A stretch of DNA of 64,000 nucleotides from an uncultured Thermoleophilaceae bacterium (GTDB lineage Bacteria; Actinomycetota; Thermoleophilia; Solirubrobacterales; JACPNS01): positions 2,868 to 66,867 of the forward strand of contig CAYVWQ010000013.1 in the NCBI GenBank assembly GCA_964455545.1. Reading direction: 5' to 3'. Position numbers and translations under genes: made by a program. Shown here piece after piece: positions 44,452 to 53,099 of this stretch. Below the pieces are notes generated by a model, which had not been told where the DNA came from, made no database searches, and saw nothing but the letters and a program-made list of their open reading frames with translations. The first letter of the stretch is position 1. Every line of letters begins with the position of its first letter.

Positions 44452-45630
44452 ATGGATTTCCGACCTAGCCTCAATTCGCCCATGAGCAGGACTTTCACTT
44501 CTCGGTTCCCGATCGCGCTGCCCGCGCTTTTCAGCGCGCTGCTCGTCGTCGCGATCGCGCTCGTCGCGATGGCCGCGCCGCGGCACGCCGGCGCCGAGAC
44601 GCCGCAGCAGATCAACCTGCGCATCGAAGCGATCAGCGAGAAGGAGCACCAACTTGCCCTGCGCATCAACAAGCTCCAGGGCAAGCAGGACGTCGCGCAG
44701 GCGGATCTCGACCGCAAGCTCGCCCGCCAGCGTGAGTTGCAGAAGCAGCTCGACGAGGCGAAGGCCAAGCTCGCGCGGTTGAAGAAGCGTCTCGCGTTCG
44801 CCAAGCGCGTCCTCAGCGACCGCATCGTGACGGTCTACAAAGAGGGCGAGCCGGACATCATCAACGTCGTCCTTGAATCGAAGGGCTTCAAGGAGATGGT
44901 CGAGCGCGCTACCTATCTCAAGCGCATCGCCGAGCAGGACCAGCACACGATCGACAAGGTCACCGAGCTGAAGAAGACGACGCACACGGCGGCCGTCAAG
45001 TTCGACGGGCTCGAGCAGAAGCAGGAGCAGCTCGTCGCCGAGGTGACCGGCGAGCGCGACCGCATCGCCGGCAAGAAGAACGCCGTGATCGCCGATCGCG
45101 CCGGCATGAAGCGACAGCTCGCCAAGCAGCGTCGCATGCTGCGCGAGGCCGTCGCCGCAGTCGGCTACCAGCCTTCGCCCGACACCGTCAACTTCACGCC
45201 GACGCGCGCCCCGGCCGGTCGCGTTACGCTCAACTCCGACGGCAGCGCATCGGCTCCATCGAACGCGCCAGCTTCGATCAAGGCGGCGGTAGCGGCCGGC
45301 AACAAGATCCGCAGCACCCCTTACGTCTGGGGCGGCGGCCACGGATCGTTCTCGGACCGCGGCTACGACTGCTCCGGCTCGGTCAGTTACGTGCTGCACG
45401 CCGCAGGTGTGCTCAGCAGCCCGATGGCCTCTGGCCCGCTGATGAGCTGGGGCTCGGCCGGTCCAGGCAACTGGATCACGATCTACTCGAACCCGGGCCA
45501 CGTCTGGATGACCGTCGGTGGCCTTCGCTTTGACACCTCCGGCCGCAGCGGCACCGGCTCGCGTTGGCAGACGGGCCTGAACGGCGCGGGCACCGGCGGC
45601 TTCACCGTTCGTCACTACCCCGGACTCTGA
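44452..45630 (+). CDS. Secreted coiled-coil NlpC/P60 peptidoglycan endopeptidase
   Basis: Signal peptide, a ~230-aa coiled-coil region, then a C-terminal P60 domain (YVWGGGH..GYDCSGSVSYVL). Confidence 0.85.
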   Translation: MDFRPSLNSPMSRTFTSRFPIALPALFSALLVVAIALVAMAAPRHAGAETPQQINLRIEAISEKEHQLALRINKLQGKQDVAQADLDRKLARQRELQKQLDEAKAKLARLKKRLAFAKRVLSDRIVTVYKEGEPDIINVVLESKGFKEMVERATYLKRIAEQDQHTIDKVTELKKTTHTAAVKFDGLEQKQEQLVAEVTGERDRIAGKKNAVIADRAGMKRQLAKQRRMLREAVAAVGYQPSPDTVNFTPTRAPAGRVTLNSDGSASAPSNAPASIKAAVAAGNKIRSTPYVWGGGHGSFSDRGYDCSGSVSYVLHAAGVLSSPMASGPLMSWGSAGPGNWITIYSNPGHVWMTVGGLRFDTSGRSGTGSRWQTGLNGAGTGGFTVRHYPGL

Positions 45631-45637
45631 TCTGCAC

Positions 45638-46807
45638 ATGACACTCGGTCTAAACAAGCAGCAGCTTCGTGCGCTGGCCTGGATCACGTTGATCTGCGGC
45701 GCGCTCACCTGCCTCTATCTGGCGCGACCGATGGGGTCGAGCGCCAAGTCCCAGTCTGAGCTTCAGAGCAGCATCGCGTCAAAGCGCGCCAAGGAAAGCA
45801 ACCTGAGCAACGACATCTCGTCGATGACCACACGCATCCAGGGACTGCGCGGTCGCATCAACACACTGCAGCGCCGACAGAACGCGATCCAGGCAGACCT
45901 CAATGTCAAGCAGTCGCGCCAGCGCCGGATCGCCGGCGACCTGAAGCGCTCGCGCGCCCGCCTTGCCCGCCTGCGCGCCCGCCTCGCGCACTCGCGCGCG
46001 GTGCTCAAGGAGCGCATCATCGAGGTCTACAAGCAGGGCGAGCCGAACATGATCCAGGTCGTGCTCAGCTCGCGCGGCTTCGCCGACATGGTCCAGCGCA
46101 CGACGTACATGGAGCGCATCGCGACGCAGGATCGCCGGATCATCACCACCGTGACGCGACTCCGCGGAGAGACCAAGCACGAAACCGTCAAGCTCGCCGG
46201 ACTTGAGCGCGAGGCCTCGAAACTCGTCGCGATCGTCCGCGACCGCCGCAACGAGGTCGCAGGCGCCAAGCACGTGCTCGACTCGCGCCGAGACGTTCTC
46301 GCCAGCGCGGTCAGCACGCGCAAGACCAAACTCGCGAAGATCTCGAAAAGCATCGCGGCCGACGAAGAGGATCTCGCCGCGATGCAGTCGAGCAGCTCCG
46401 CCGTCGGCGGGATGCTCAGCGGCGGCCACTACAAGCAGGGCACGGGCCAGTTGGCCGTGCCGGTCAATGGTCAGTTCACCTCTCCGTTCGGTCAGCGTTG
46501 GGGCCGCATGCACGAAGGCGTCGACATCGCCGTCCCGGTCGGCACCCCGGTGCACGCCGCCGACACCGGCACCGTGCGCATCGCCGGATGGATGGGTGGA
46601 TACGGCAACTACATCTGCATCCAGCACTCGGCGACGCTCTCCACTTGTTACGGCCACAACTCGAGCCTGCGCGTACGCGTCGGCCAGTCGGTCACCAAGG
46701 GCCAGGTCATCGCCGCCTCGGGCAACACCGGTCACTCGACCGGCCCGCACGTGCACTTCGAAGTGCGCATCAACGGCAACGCCGTTGACCCGATGGGCTA
46801 CCTGTAG
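45638..46807 (+). CDS. Secreted coiled-coil M23 (LytM-type) metallopeptidase
   Basis: Signal or anchor, a coiled-coil region homologous to that of the preceding gene, then M23 motifs HEGVDIAVP and GNTGHSTGPHVHFE. Confidence 0.85.
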   Translation: MTLGLNKQQLRALAWITLICGALTCLYLARPMGSSAKSQSELQSSIASKRAKESNLSNDISSMTTRIQGLRGRINTLQRRQNAIQADLNVKQSRQRRIAGDLKRSRARLARLRARLAHSRAVLKERIIEVYKQGEPNMIQVVLSSRGFADMVQRTTYMERIATQDRRIITTVTRLRGETKHETVKLAGLEREASKLVAIVRDRRNEVAGAKHVLDSRRDVLASAVSTRKTKLAKISKSIAADEEDLAAMQSSSSAVGGMLSGGHYKQGTGQLAVPVNGQFTSPFGQRWGRMHEGVDIAVPVGTPVHAADTGTVRIAGWMGGYGNYICIQHSATLSTCYGHNSSLRVRVGQSVTKGQVIAASGNTGHSTGPHVHFEVRINGNAVDPMGYL

Positions 46808-46840
46808 CCGCCGGGCGGTGCGCGGTTAGGCTCTCACGCC

Positions 46841-47602
46841 GTGCTACCGGAGATTCACCTCGGACCGTTGACACTCCAGACCTTCGGGTTGATGTTCGCG
46901 CTCGCGTTCGTGGTCTCCGGTTGGATAATCGCGAAGCGGCTGAAGGAGCTGGAAGCCCCGGCTGACTGGTCGTACGAGCTGATCCTTGCGGCTGCGGTCG
47001 GCGGCGTCCTCGGCGCGAAGCTCTGGTTTTCGTTGCAGCAGGGCGAGTGGTCGCTCAGCCAGATCTTTTCCGGGACGGGACTGGTCTGGTACGGAGGCGC
47101 TCTTGGCGGTGCGGCCGGCGTGGCGCTGTATGCCAAGTGGCGCAAGATCCTCAATCTCACTCTGCTCGACCTGACCGCTCCTGCGCTTGCCGCCGGTTAC
47201 GCGATCGGGCGTATCGGGTGTCAGTTGTCTGGAGACGGCGACTACGGGAAGGTCACTGACGCCTGGTGGGGGATGGGCTACCCCGACGGCACCGTTCCGA
47301 CCCCGCCGGGGGTGAAGGTCTACCCGACGCCGATCCTCGAGACTGTCTCGATGGCTCTGCTGGCGTGGGTGCTCTGGCGTCTGCGCGACCGCTTTGCGCC
47401 GGGCGTGCTGTTCGGCATCTACCTGGTCGCCTCGAGCGTCGAGCGCTTCCTGATCGAGTTTCTGCGCCGCAACGACACCTGGTTTGCGGGACTCACGCTC
47501 GCGCAGTTCGTTTCGGTCGTGCTCGCTCTGATCGGCGGCGTGATGATCGTCTCGCTGCGCGAACGGGCGGTGCCGGTCAGGCGGGAACTGCTCGTCCCCT
47601 GA
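46841..47602 (+). CDS. lgt: Prolipoprotein diacylglyceryl transferase
   Basis: Lgt blocks (GAKLW, GLVWYGGALGG, GRIGCQLSGDG, YPTPILE). GTG start. Confidence 0.85.
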   Translation: MLPEIHLGPLTLQTFGLMFALAFVVSGWIIAKRLKELEAPADWSYELILAAAVGGVLGAKLWFSLQQGEWSLSQIFSGTGLVWYGGALGGAAGVALYAKWRKILNLTLLDLTAPALAAGYAIGRIGCQLSGDGDYGKVTDAWWGMGYPDGTVPTPPGVKVYPTPILETVSMALLAWVLWRLRDRFAPGVLFGIYLVASSVERFLIEFLRRNDTWFAGLTLAQFVSVVLALIGGVMIVSLRERAVPVRRELLVP

Positions 47603-48401
47603 GGTCGCGTAGCGCGCCTGCGGCGGTCGCGACCGCTGCCCACGAACAGAGCACGACAGCGATGCTCGCGCTGGTCGGCCAGTCCGCGTAGTAGGAGATG
47701 TAGATCCCGACGACGCCGGCCAGCGCTCCGACCGTTGCCGACAACAGGATCGCGCTGCGCAGCCGGGTGGTGACGGCGTCGGCTCCGAGCGCCGGACCGG
47801 TCACGAATGCAAGTGCGAGCAGGCTTCCGGCGACGTTTGCCGCGACCGCGACCGAAAGCGTGAGCAGCCCCAGTGCGACTGCTCCGACGAGCCGGACGTT
47901 CACACCGAGCGCCGGCGCGGCATCACGGTCGAACGCGAGCGCGGCGAAGCGGTCGCCGAACAGCCACAGCGTCAGTCCGATCGTCGCCGCGAGCGCACTT
48001 GCGACTGCGAGGTCACGCGTCGAAGCCGCCAGCGGGTCGCCGAAAAGCAGGCTCTCAAAGCTCGTCGCACCGCCGTCGACGGAGGCGAGGATCGCGCCCA
48101 ACGCAACAAGCAGCGTGACGCTTACCGATGTTGCGGACGCGGTCGAAGTCTTTGGCGCCGCGTTTGTGGCGAGGAGCAGGAGGTAGGCGACGATCACGCC
48201 GAAAAGCGCGCCGGCGAACAATCCGACGCCGAGCATCGTCGCAAGCACGAGCCCAGGGAGGAGCGCGTGGGTGAACGACTCGGCGAGAATCGCCCGGCCA
48301 AACTGGAGCACCCAAACGCCGACTGCTCCACACGCGCCGCCGACGAGGATCAGTTCGATCGTCGCCGGTCCGCCGAAGTCACCGCGTAGAGGCGCCAGCA
48401 T
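47577..48401 (-). CDS. znuB: Metal (Zn/Mn) ABC transporter permease, ABC-3 family
   Basis: 274-aa polytopic protein of ZnuB/TroD type, last gene of the znu-like operon. Confidence 0.75.
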   Translation of the reverse strand: MLAPLRGDFGGPATIELILVGGACGAVGVWVLQFGRAILAESFTHALLPGLVLATMLGVGLFAGALFGVIVAYLLLLATNAAPKTSTASATSVSVTLLVALGAILASVDGGATSFESLLFGDPLAASTRDLAVASALAATIGLTLWLFGDRFAALAFDRDAAPALGVNVRLVGAVALGLLTLSVAVAANVAGSLLALAFVTGPALGADAVTTRLRSAILLSATVGALAGVVGIYISYYADWPTSASIAVVLCSWAAVATAAGALRDLRGRAVPA

Positions 48402-49143
48402 GGTTCTCGCCGCAGCAATCGGTTGTGATGATCGTGTCGTCGCCGATCACTGCGATGTCGTGCGCGTATGTCTCGCGCAAGGCGGCCTCGGTGAGCACGA
48501 CGGACGGTGGGCCGTCGACGACGACGCGGTGGTTGATGCAGAGCACGCGGTCGGCGCTGCGTGCGTGTTCGATGTCGTGTGAGGCTTCGATCACGAGACG
48601 CCCTTCGTCGCGTAGCGAGCCAAGGGTTGCGCGGATCTCAAGTGCCGACGCCGGGTCGACGCCGGCGAGCGGCTCGTCGAGCAGCACGATCGGCGCGCCG
48701 CTGACGATTGTGCGGGCGAGCAGAACGCGACGGCGCTGGCCCCCGGAGAGCTCGCCGTAGGTGTCGTCGGCGCGCTCGGAGAGTCCGACTCTGCCGAGCG
48801 CTTCGAGCGCGCGGCGCCGGCGATCCTTCGATCGCCTGCTCCAGACCTTCCTTTCAGCGAGCGTCCCCATCAGAACGACGTCCAGCGCCGAGACCGGGAA
48901 GTCGATGCGCGAGCCGTCGTGCTGTGGCAGGTAGGCGATCGCCGCATTCACGTCGAGCGTGCCTGTAAGCGGCCGGAGCGCGCCCGTCATCGCCCGGAAA
49001 AGCGTCGTCTTGCCGCCGCCGTTGGGTCCGAGAACGACAGCGAACAGCCCGCCCGGGAGATCGAGGTCAACGTCGTTGAGCACCGCGCCAGCCCCGGGGT
49101 ACCCGATGCTGGCGCGATGGGCGGTAATCAGGGCCGGAGTCAT
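48379..49143 (-). CDS. znuC: Metal ABC transporter ATP-binding protein
   Basis: Walker A GPNGGGKTT, signature LSGGQRRR, Walker B VLLDEPLAGVD. The ATG at 49143 overlaps the upstream stop (ATGA). Confidence 0.85.
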   Translation of the reverse strand: MTPALITAHRASIGYPGAGAVLNDVDLDLPGGLFAVVLGPNGGGKTTLFRAMTGALRPLTGTLDVNAAIAYLPQHDGSRIDFPVSALDVVLMGTLAERKVWSRRSKDRRRRALEALGRVGLSERADDTYGELSGGQRRRVLLARTIVSGAPIVLLDEPLAGVDPASALEIRATLGSLRDEGRLVIEASHDIEHARSADRVLCINHRVVVDGPPSVVLTEAALRETYAHDIAVIGDDTIITTDCCGENHAGASTR

Positions 49144-50954
49144 CTGATGCAGTTTGACGTACCGCCGGTCGCCGACAAGATCGAGTTCGCGTCGTAAGTG
49201 ATTGCGCCGAGCAATGTCGATGAAGCGCCGGACTTTCCAAGCGAATCGGCCCACAGCTCGAGCAGCGGGATGTCGAGCTTCGCCGCGGTCTGCTTGCCAA
49301 GCTGGGTGACTTCTCCCCGGCTCATCACAAGAGCTTTGGCCCGTGACGCGCGAGCCGTGTCGACGGCGTCCTGCAAGGCACTCGCAGACGGCTCCGACTC
49401 ACCGTTCTCGGCGAGTTGCGCGACGACCTTGTAGTTCATTGCATCGGCGAGGTAGTTGAAGTCGTTGTGTCCTGCAAGCAGCCGTCGATCATCGCTCGGG
49501 ACCTCCTTCGAGCAACGCATAAGCGCGGACTGGAGGCGACTGGCCTTCGAGTCGTAGGCGGACGCGTTGGCACGGAAGGTCTCGCGCGCGGCCGGCTCGG
49601 CCTTTACCAGTTCGTCGCGCACCCGCGCCGAGGCACGAACGACGTTCTCCGGGGCGAGATACCAGTGTGCGTTGAACGCCGCCTCGCCTTCATGGTCGCC
49701 CGCCGCGTGGTCTTCTTCGTGGTCCGCTTCACCGGCCGGAAGCAGCACCGCTGAGCGGGAAAGGTCGACCTGCGTCACGTCGCCGCCGGACGCGCTGATC
49801 GCTCGCTGCAACCACGCGTCGATGTCTCCGCCGGAGCGGAAGACGACGTCGGCTTCGGCGATCGCGGACACGGCCGACGGCTTCGGCTCATACTCGTGAG
49901 GATCTGCTCCGGGCGGGAGGATCTCTTCGACTTCGACGGCGTCGCCGCCGACGTTCTTGACTATGTCGGCGACCTGCGGTGTCGTTGCGACGACTTTCAA
50001 CTTGCCTTCGCCTGTCGGCCCGTCTGACTTGGCGCCGCAACCGGCAGCGGTCAGTGCCAACAGCAGCATCGCCGCGCCGGCCAGCTGCGACTTGTTTGCC
50101 AGCAGCTTCGTACGAACTGCCGCCGCGCCCGCCGTCAACAGGAACAACCCGCCCGCGACTGCGGCGATCGCAGCACCTGGCGGCAGGTCAAGCGCGAGCG
50201 CCAGGTAGAGCCCGAACACGCCGTCGAAGAGCGCTACCGCAAGGGTTACCGGAGTCAGGGCCCAGGCGCGCCCGACGACGATCCGCGCTGTCGCGGCCGG
50301 GGCGATCAGCAGTGCTCCCGCGAGCAGCGAACCCGTTACGGGCAGCGCCGCGCCGACGGCCAGGGCCACGCAGGCGAGCAGCGCGACGTCGGTGCGGACG
50401 GCACCGAGCTGGCGTGCGGTCGTCGGATCAAATCCGGCCGCCAGCCAACGCTCGCGCAGCAGCTGCGCCACCAGTGCGACGGCCAGCACCGCGCCCGCGG
50501 TGATCACGAGAGCCGAATCTGAAACGGTGAGGATCGATCCGAAAAGCAGCGCTTCCGGAGAAACCGAGAGCCGCGAATCGCTTGCGCCGGCGGTCGCCGC
50601 GAGCACTGCGCCGATCGCGAGCGCGCCGGCTACTGCGAGACCGATCAGCGCGTCGCGTCGCCCCGGCTCATCGGCCGCGCGGTTACCGCGCCTGAGTCCC
50701 GAGAGAAGGCCGACGGCCAAAGCGAAGGCGGCCGTCCCGAGCAGCGCAACCGGAGCCACGGCCGCGCCGGAGATCACGCCGATGACGAGGACCGGGTATG
50801 CACCGGTGCCGACGGCGTGGGTGAAGAACGGAAGGTCGCGCAGGACGATCGTGCCGCCCAGGGCGGCCGCGGCCACCGCGATGAGAACGACAGCGAGCAG
50901 CGCGCGCTGGGCGAAAGCGGGTTCAAACAGTGAGATCGGATCGGATGCAGTCAT
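49140..50954 (-). CDS. Fusion of an ABC-3 metal permease (N-terminal) with a ZnuA/TroA-type substrate-binding domain (C-terminal)
   Basis: The first ~290 aa are polytopic permease-like. A hydrophobic linker with a lipobox-like LTAAGCG follows. The rest is cluster A-I SBP-like (KVVATTPQVADIV, PPGADPHEYEPKP, His/Asp/Glu-rich loop ADHEEDHAAGDHEGE). Confidence 0.75.
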   Translation of the reverse strand: MTASDPISLFEPAFAQRALLAVVLIAVAAAALGGTIVLRDLPFFTHAVGTGAYPVLVIGVISGAAVAPVALLGTAAFALAVGLLSGLRRGNRAADEPGRRDALIGLAVAGALAIGAVLAATAGASDSRLSVSPEALLFGSILTVSDSALVITAGAVLAVALVAQLLRERWLAAGFDPTTARQLGAVRTDVALLACVALAVGAALPVTGSLLAGALLIAPAATARIVVGRAWALTPVTLAVALFDGVFGLYLALALDLPPGAAIAAVAGGLFLLTAGAAAVRTKLLANKSQLAGAAMLLLALTAAGCGAKSDGPTGEGKLKVVATTPQVADIVKNVGGDAVEVEEILPPGADPHEYEPKPSAVSAIAEADVVFRSGGDIDAWLQRAISASGGDVTQVDLSRSAVLLPAGEADHEEDHAAGDHEGEAAFNAHWYLAPENVVRASARVRDELVKAEPAARETFRANASAYDSKASRLQSALMRCSKEVPSDDRRLLAGHNDFNYLADAMNYKVVAQLAENGESEPSASALQDAVDTARASRAKALVMSRGEVTQLGKQTAAKLDIPLLELWADSLGKSGASSTLLGAITYDANSILSATGGTSNCIR

Positions 50955-50977
50955 AATGCCGGCGGATAGTAGTAGAA

Positions 50978-51382
50978 TTGAGAATCATTATCAGTAAAGC
51001 ATCGACAGGCACCCCTACTCGAAAGACCGAACAGAAGGCGGCGATCGTCGCCGCACTCAGCGGAAGCTCGGCCGCGATGTCCGCCCAGGAGCTGCACGAG
51101 CGTCTCGACGGGGTCGGACTCGCGACCGTGTACCGCAATCTTTCGCGCATGGCCGAAGCCGGCGAAATCGACGTGATCCGCCGGCCGAGCGGTGAGACGG
51201 CCTATCGCGCCTGCGGCCACGGCCACCATCATCACCTGATCTGCCGCGACTGCGGAAAAGTGGTCGAACTGCACGACTGCGCGCTCAGCGACTGGAGTCG
51301 TAGGATCGGGGCAGAGCACGGGTTCAGCGGCATCGAGCACAGCGCTGAACTCGTCGGAACCTGCGAACAGTGCAAGAGCTGA
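50978..51382 (+). CDS. zur: Fur-family metalloregulator, probably Zur
   Basis: Winged-helix N-terminus (RKTEQKAAIVAAL), HHHHLICRDCG and a C-terminal CEQC. The only upstream start candidate is the TTG at 50978, which lies inside the Zur box, so the start is uncertain. Confidence 0.75.
   Translation: MRIIISKASTGTPTRKTEQKAAIVAALSGSSAAMSAQELHERLDGVGLATVYRNLSRMAEAGEIDVIRRPSGETAYRACGHGHHHHLICRDCGKVVELHDCALSDWSRRIGAEHGFSGIEHSAELVGTCEQCKS
50979..50993. promoter_or_regulatory. Zur-box-like palindrome in the znu/zur divergent region
   Basis: TGAGAATCATTATCA matches the actinobacterial Zur box TGAAAATCATTTTCA (as I recall it) at 13 of 15 positions. Confidence 0.6.
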
Positions 51383-51396
51383 AGGGCGATGGAGCG

Positions 51397-51729
51397 ATGA
51401 GCGAGACAGTGGGCGAATACGTGGTGATGAACGTCGTGCAGGTGCCGATCAGCGGCGCCGACGGCTTTGAGCAGGCGTTCGCCAAGCGCCAGAGCGCGCT
51501 GAACGAAGTCGACGGCTTTCGCGGATTTGAGTTGATGAAGCGCGACAACGGCGAGGAGTTCCTCGTGATCAGCCGCTGGCGCAACGAAGAGGCCTTCCAG
51601 GCGTGGCGTGACGGCACCGACTTCAAGCGCGCGCATGCCAACGCCGCGCCCGACAAGGCGCCCGAGGGCCACGCGCCGACGAACTCCGAGGTTCGCTCCT
51701 ACACGGTCCTGCTCTCGGAACCCGCGTAA
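51397..51729 (+). CDS. Antibiotic-biosynthesis-monooxygenase (ABM) domain protein, IsdG/MhuD-like
   Basis: ~110 aa with the ferredoxin-like ABM pattern (V.V......FE.AF......L....GF..FEL......EF.VIS.W..EEAF.AW). Alternative GTG at 51370. Confidence 0.65.
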   Translation: MSETVGEYVVMNVVQVPISGADGFEQAFAKRQSALNEVDGFRGFELMKRDNGEEFLVISRWRNEEAFQAWRDGTDFKRAHANAAPDKAPEGHAPTNSEVRSYTVLLSEPA

Positions 51730-51749
51730 GCCATACTTGTGCGCGTCAG

Positions 51750-53090
51750 ATGACGCGTGAGCAGAACATCGAATCCGCCGCGGGGGAGGGTTTCGTCGAG
51801 GTCGGACCGCTCGGTCCGCCGTACCCGATCGACTCGCAGGTCAACGACGAGGGTCGTCTCGAGATCGGCGGCTGCGACATCGTTGACGTCGCAGCCCAGT
51901 TCGGCACGCCGGCGTACATCTACGCCGAGAACGACCTGCGTTCTCGCGCCCGCGCGGTCGTGACCGCCTTCCGCGACGCCGAGGCCGAGTTCGGAGACGG
52001 CGCCGCCGACGAACCGGGCGTGCTCTTCGCCAGCAAGTCTTTTCCGTGCACCGCTGCCTATCGCCTGATGGCCACCGAAGGCATCTACTGCGACGTCGCG
52101 TCCGGCGGCGAGCTGCATCTCGCTCTGAAGGGCGGCTTCGAGCCCTCGCGCATTCTCATGCACGGCAACAACAAGACCGACGCCGAACTCGAGCAGGCGA
52201 TCAACGCCGGCGTCGGCTACATCGTCGTCGACTCGTTCGACGAGCTCGACCGGCTGAACCGCTTTCGCGACGAGGGCCTCCTCGCCGCCGACGGGCCGAG
52301 CACGCTCGTCCGCGTAGCGCCGGGCATCAAGCCCTCGACCCACGCGTACATCCAGACCGGCCAGGTCGACAGCAAATTCGGCATCCCGCTCAGCCAGGTC
52401 GAGCAGGCGATCCAGAAGGCGCCGAACTTCGTCGGGTTGCACTGCCACCTCGGCAGCCAGTTCTTCGAGGTCGAGATCTTTCGCGCCGCGGCCGAGGTGC
52501 TGGCCGGCTTCGAGGTCGAATGCAAGGTCGTCAACGTCGGCGGCGGATTTGGAATCCCGTACCTCGAGCACGAGCACCCGCCGAAGATCGACCAGTACGC
52601 GCGCGAGATCACCGCGTCGGTGCGCGAGTTCTTCGGCAACTCGGCGAAGGTGATGGTCGAACCCGGTCGCTGGCTCGTCGGCAACGCCGGCGTGACGGCC
52701 TACCGCGTCGGCACGGTCAAGGAGATCCCCGGCGTGCGGCGCTACGTAGCGGTCGACGGCGGGATGAGCGACAACATTCGCCCGATGCTCTACGACGCCG
52801 AGTACACCGCCCTGATCGCGGACCGCGCGGCCACGAAGCCCCAGCGCGACGTTCGCGTCGTCGGGATGCACTGCGAGAGTGGGGACGTGATCCTTCCTGA
52901 GGTGATGCTCGACGAGCCGTCCGTCGGCGACACGCTGGTCGTTCCTTCGACCGGCGCCTACGGTCACGCGATGGCCAGCAACTACAACGGCGTGACGCGG
53001 CCGCCGGTGATCTTCTGCTCTGAAGGCCAGGCGCGCGTGGTCGTGCGCCGGGAGACCTACGAAGACCTCTCCGCGCGAGACGTCGACTGA
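51750..53090 (+). CDS. lysA: Diaminopimelate decarboxylase
   Basis: PLP-dependent group IV decarboxylase blocks (FASKSF, HGNNK, HCHLGSQ, GGGFGIPY, EPGR, CESGD). Confidence 0.92.
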   Translation: MTREQNIESAAGEGFVEVGPLGPPYPIDSQVNDEGRLEIGGCDIVDVAAQFGTPAYIYAENDLRSRARAVVTAFRDAEAEFGDGAADEPGVLFASKSFPCTAAYRLMATEGIYCDVASGGELHLALKGGFEPSRILMHGNNKTDAELEQAINAGVGYIVVDSFDELDRLNRFRDEGLLAADGPSTLVRVAPGIKPSTHAYIQTGQVDSKFGIPLSQVEQAIQKAPNFVGLHCHLGSQFFEVEIFRAAAEVLAGFEVECKVVNVGGGFGIPYLEHEHPPKIDQYAREITASVREFFGNSAKVMVEPGRWLVGNAGVTAYRVGTVKEIPGVRRYVAVDGGMSDNIRPMLYDAEYTALIADRAATKPQRDVRVVGMHCESGDVILPEVMLDEPSVGDTLVVPSTGAYGHAMASNYNGVTRPPVIFCSEGQARVVVRRETYEDLSARDVD

Positions 53091-53099
53091 GGCCGAGCG

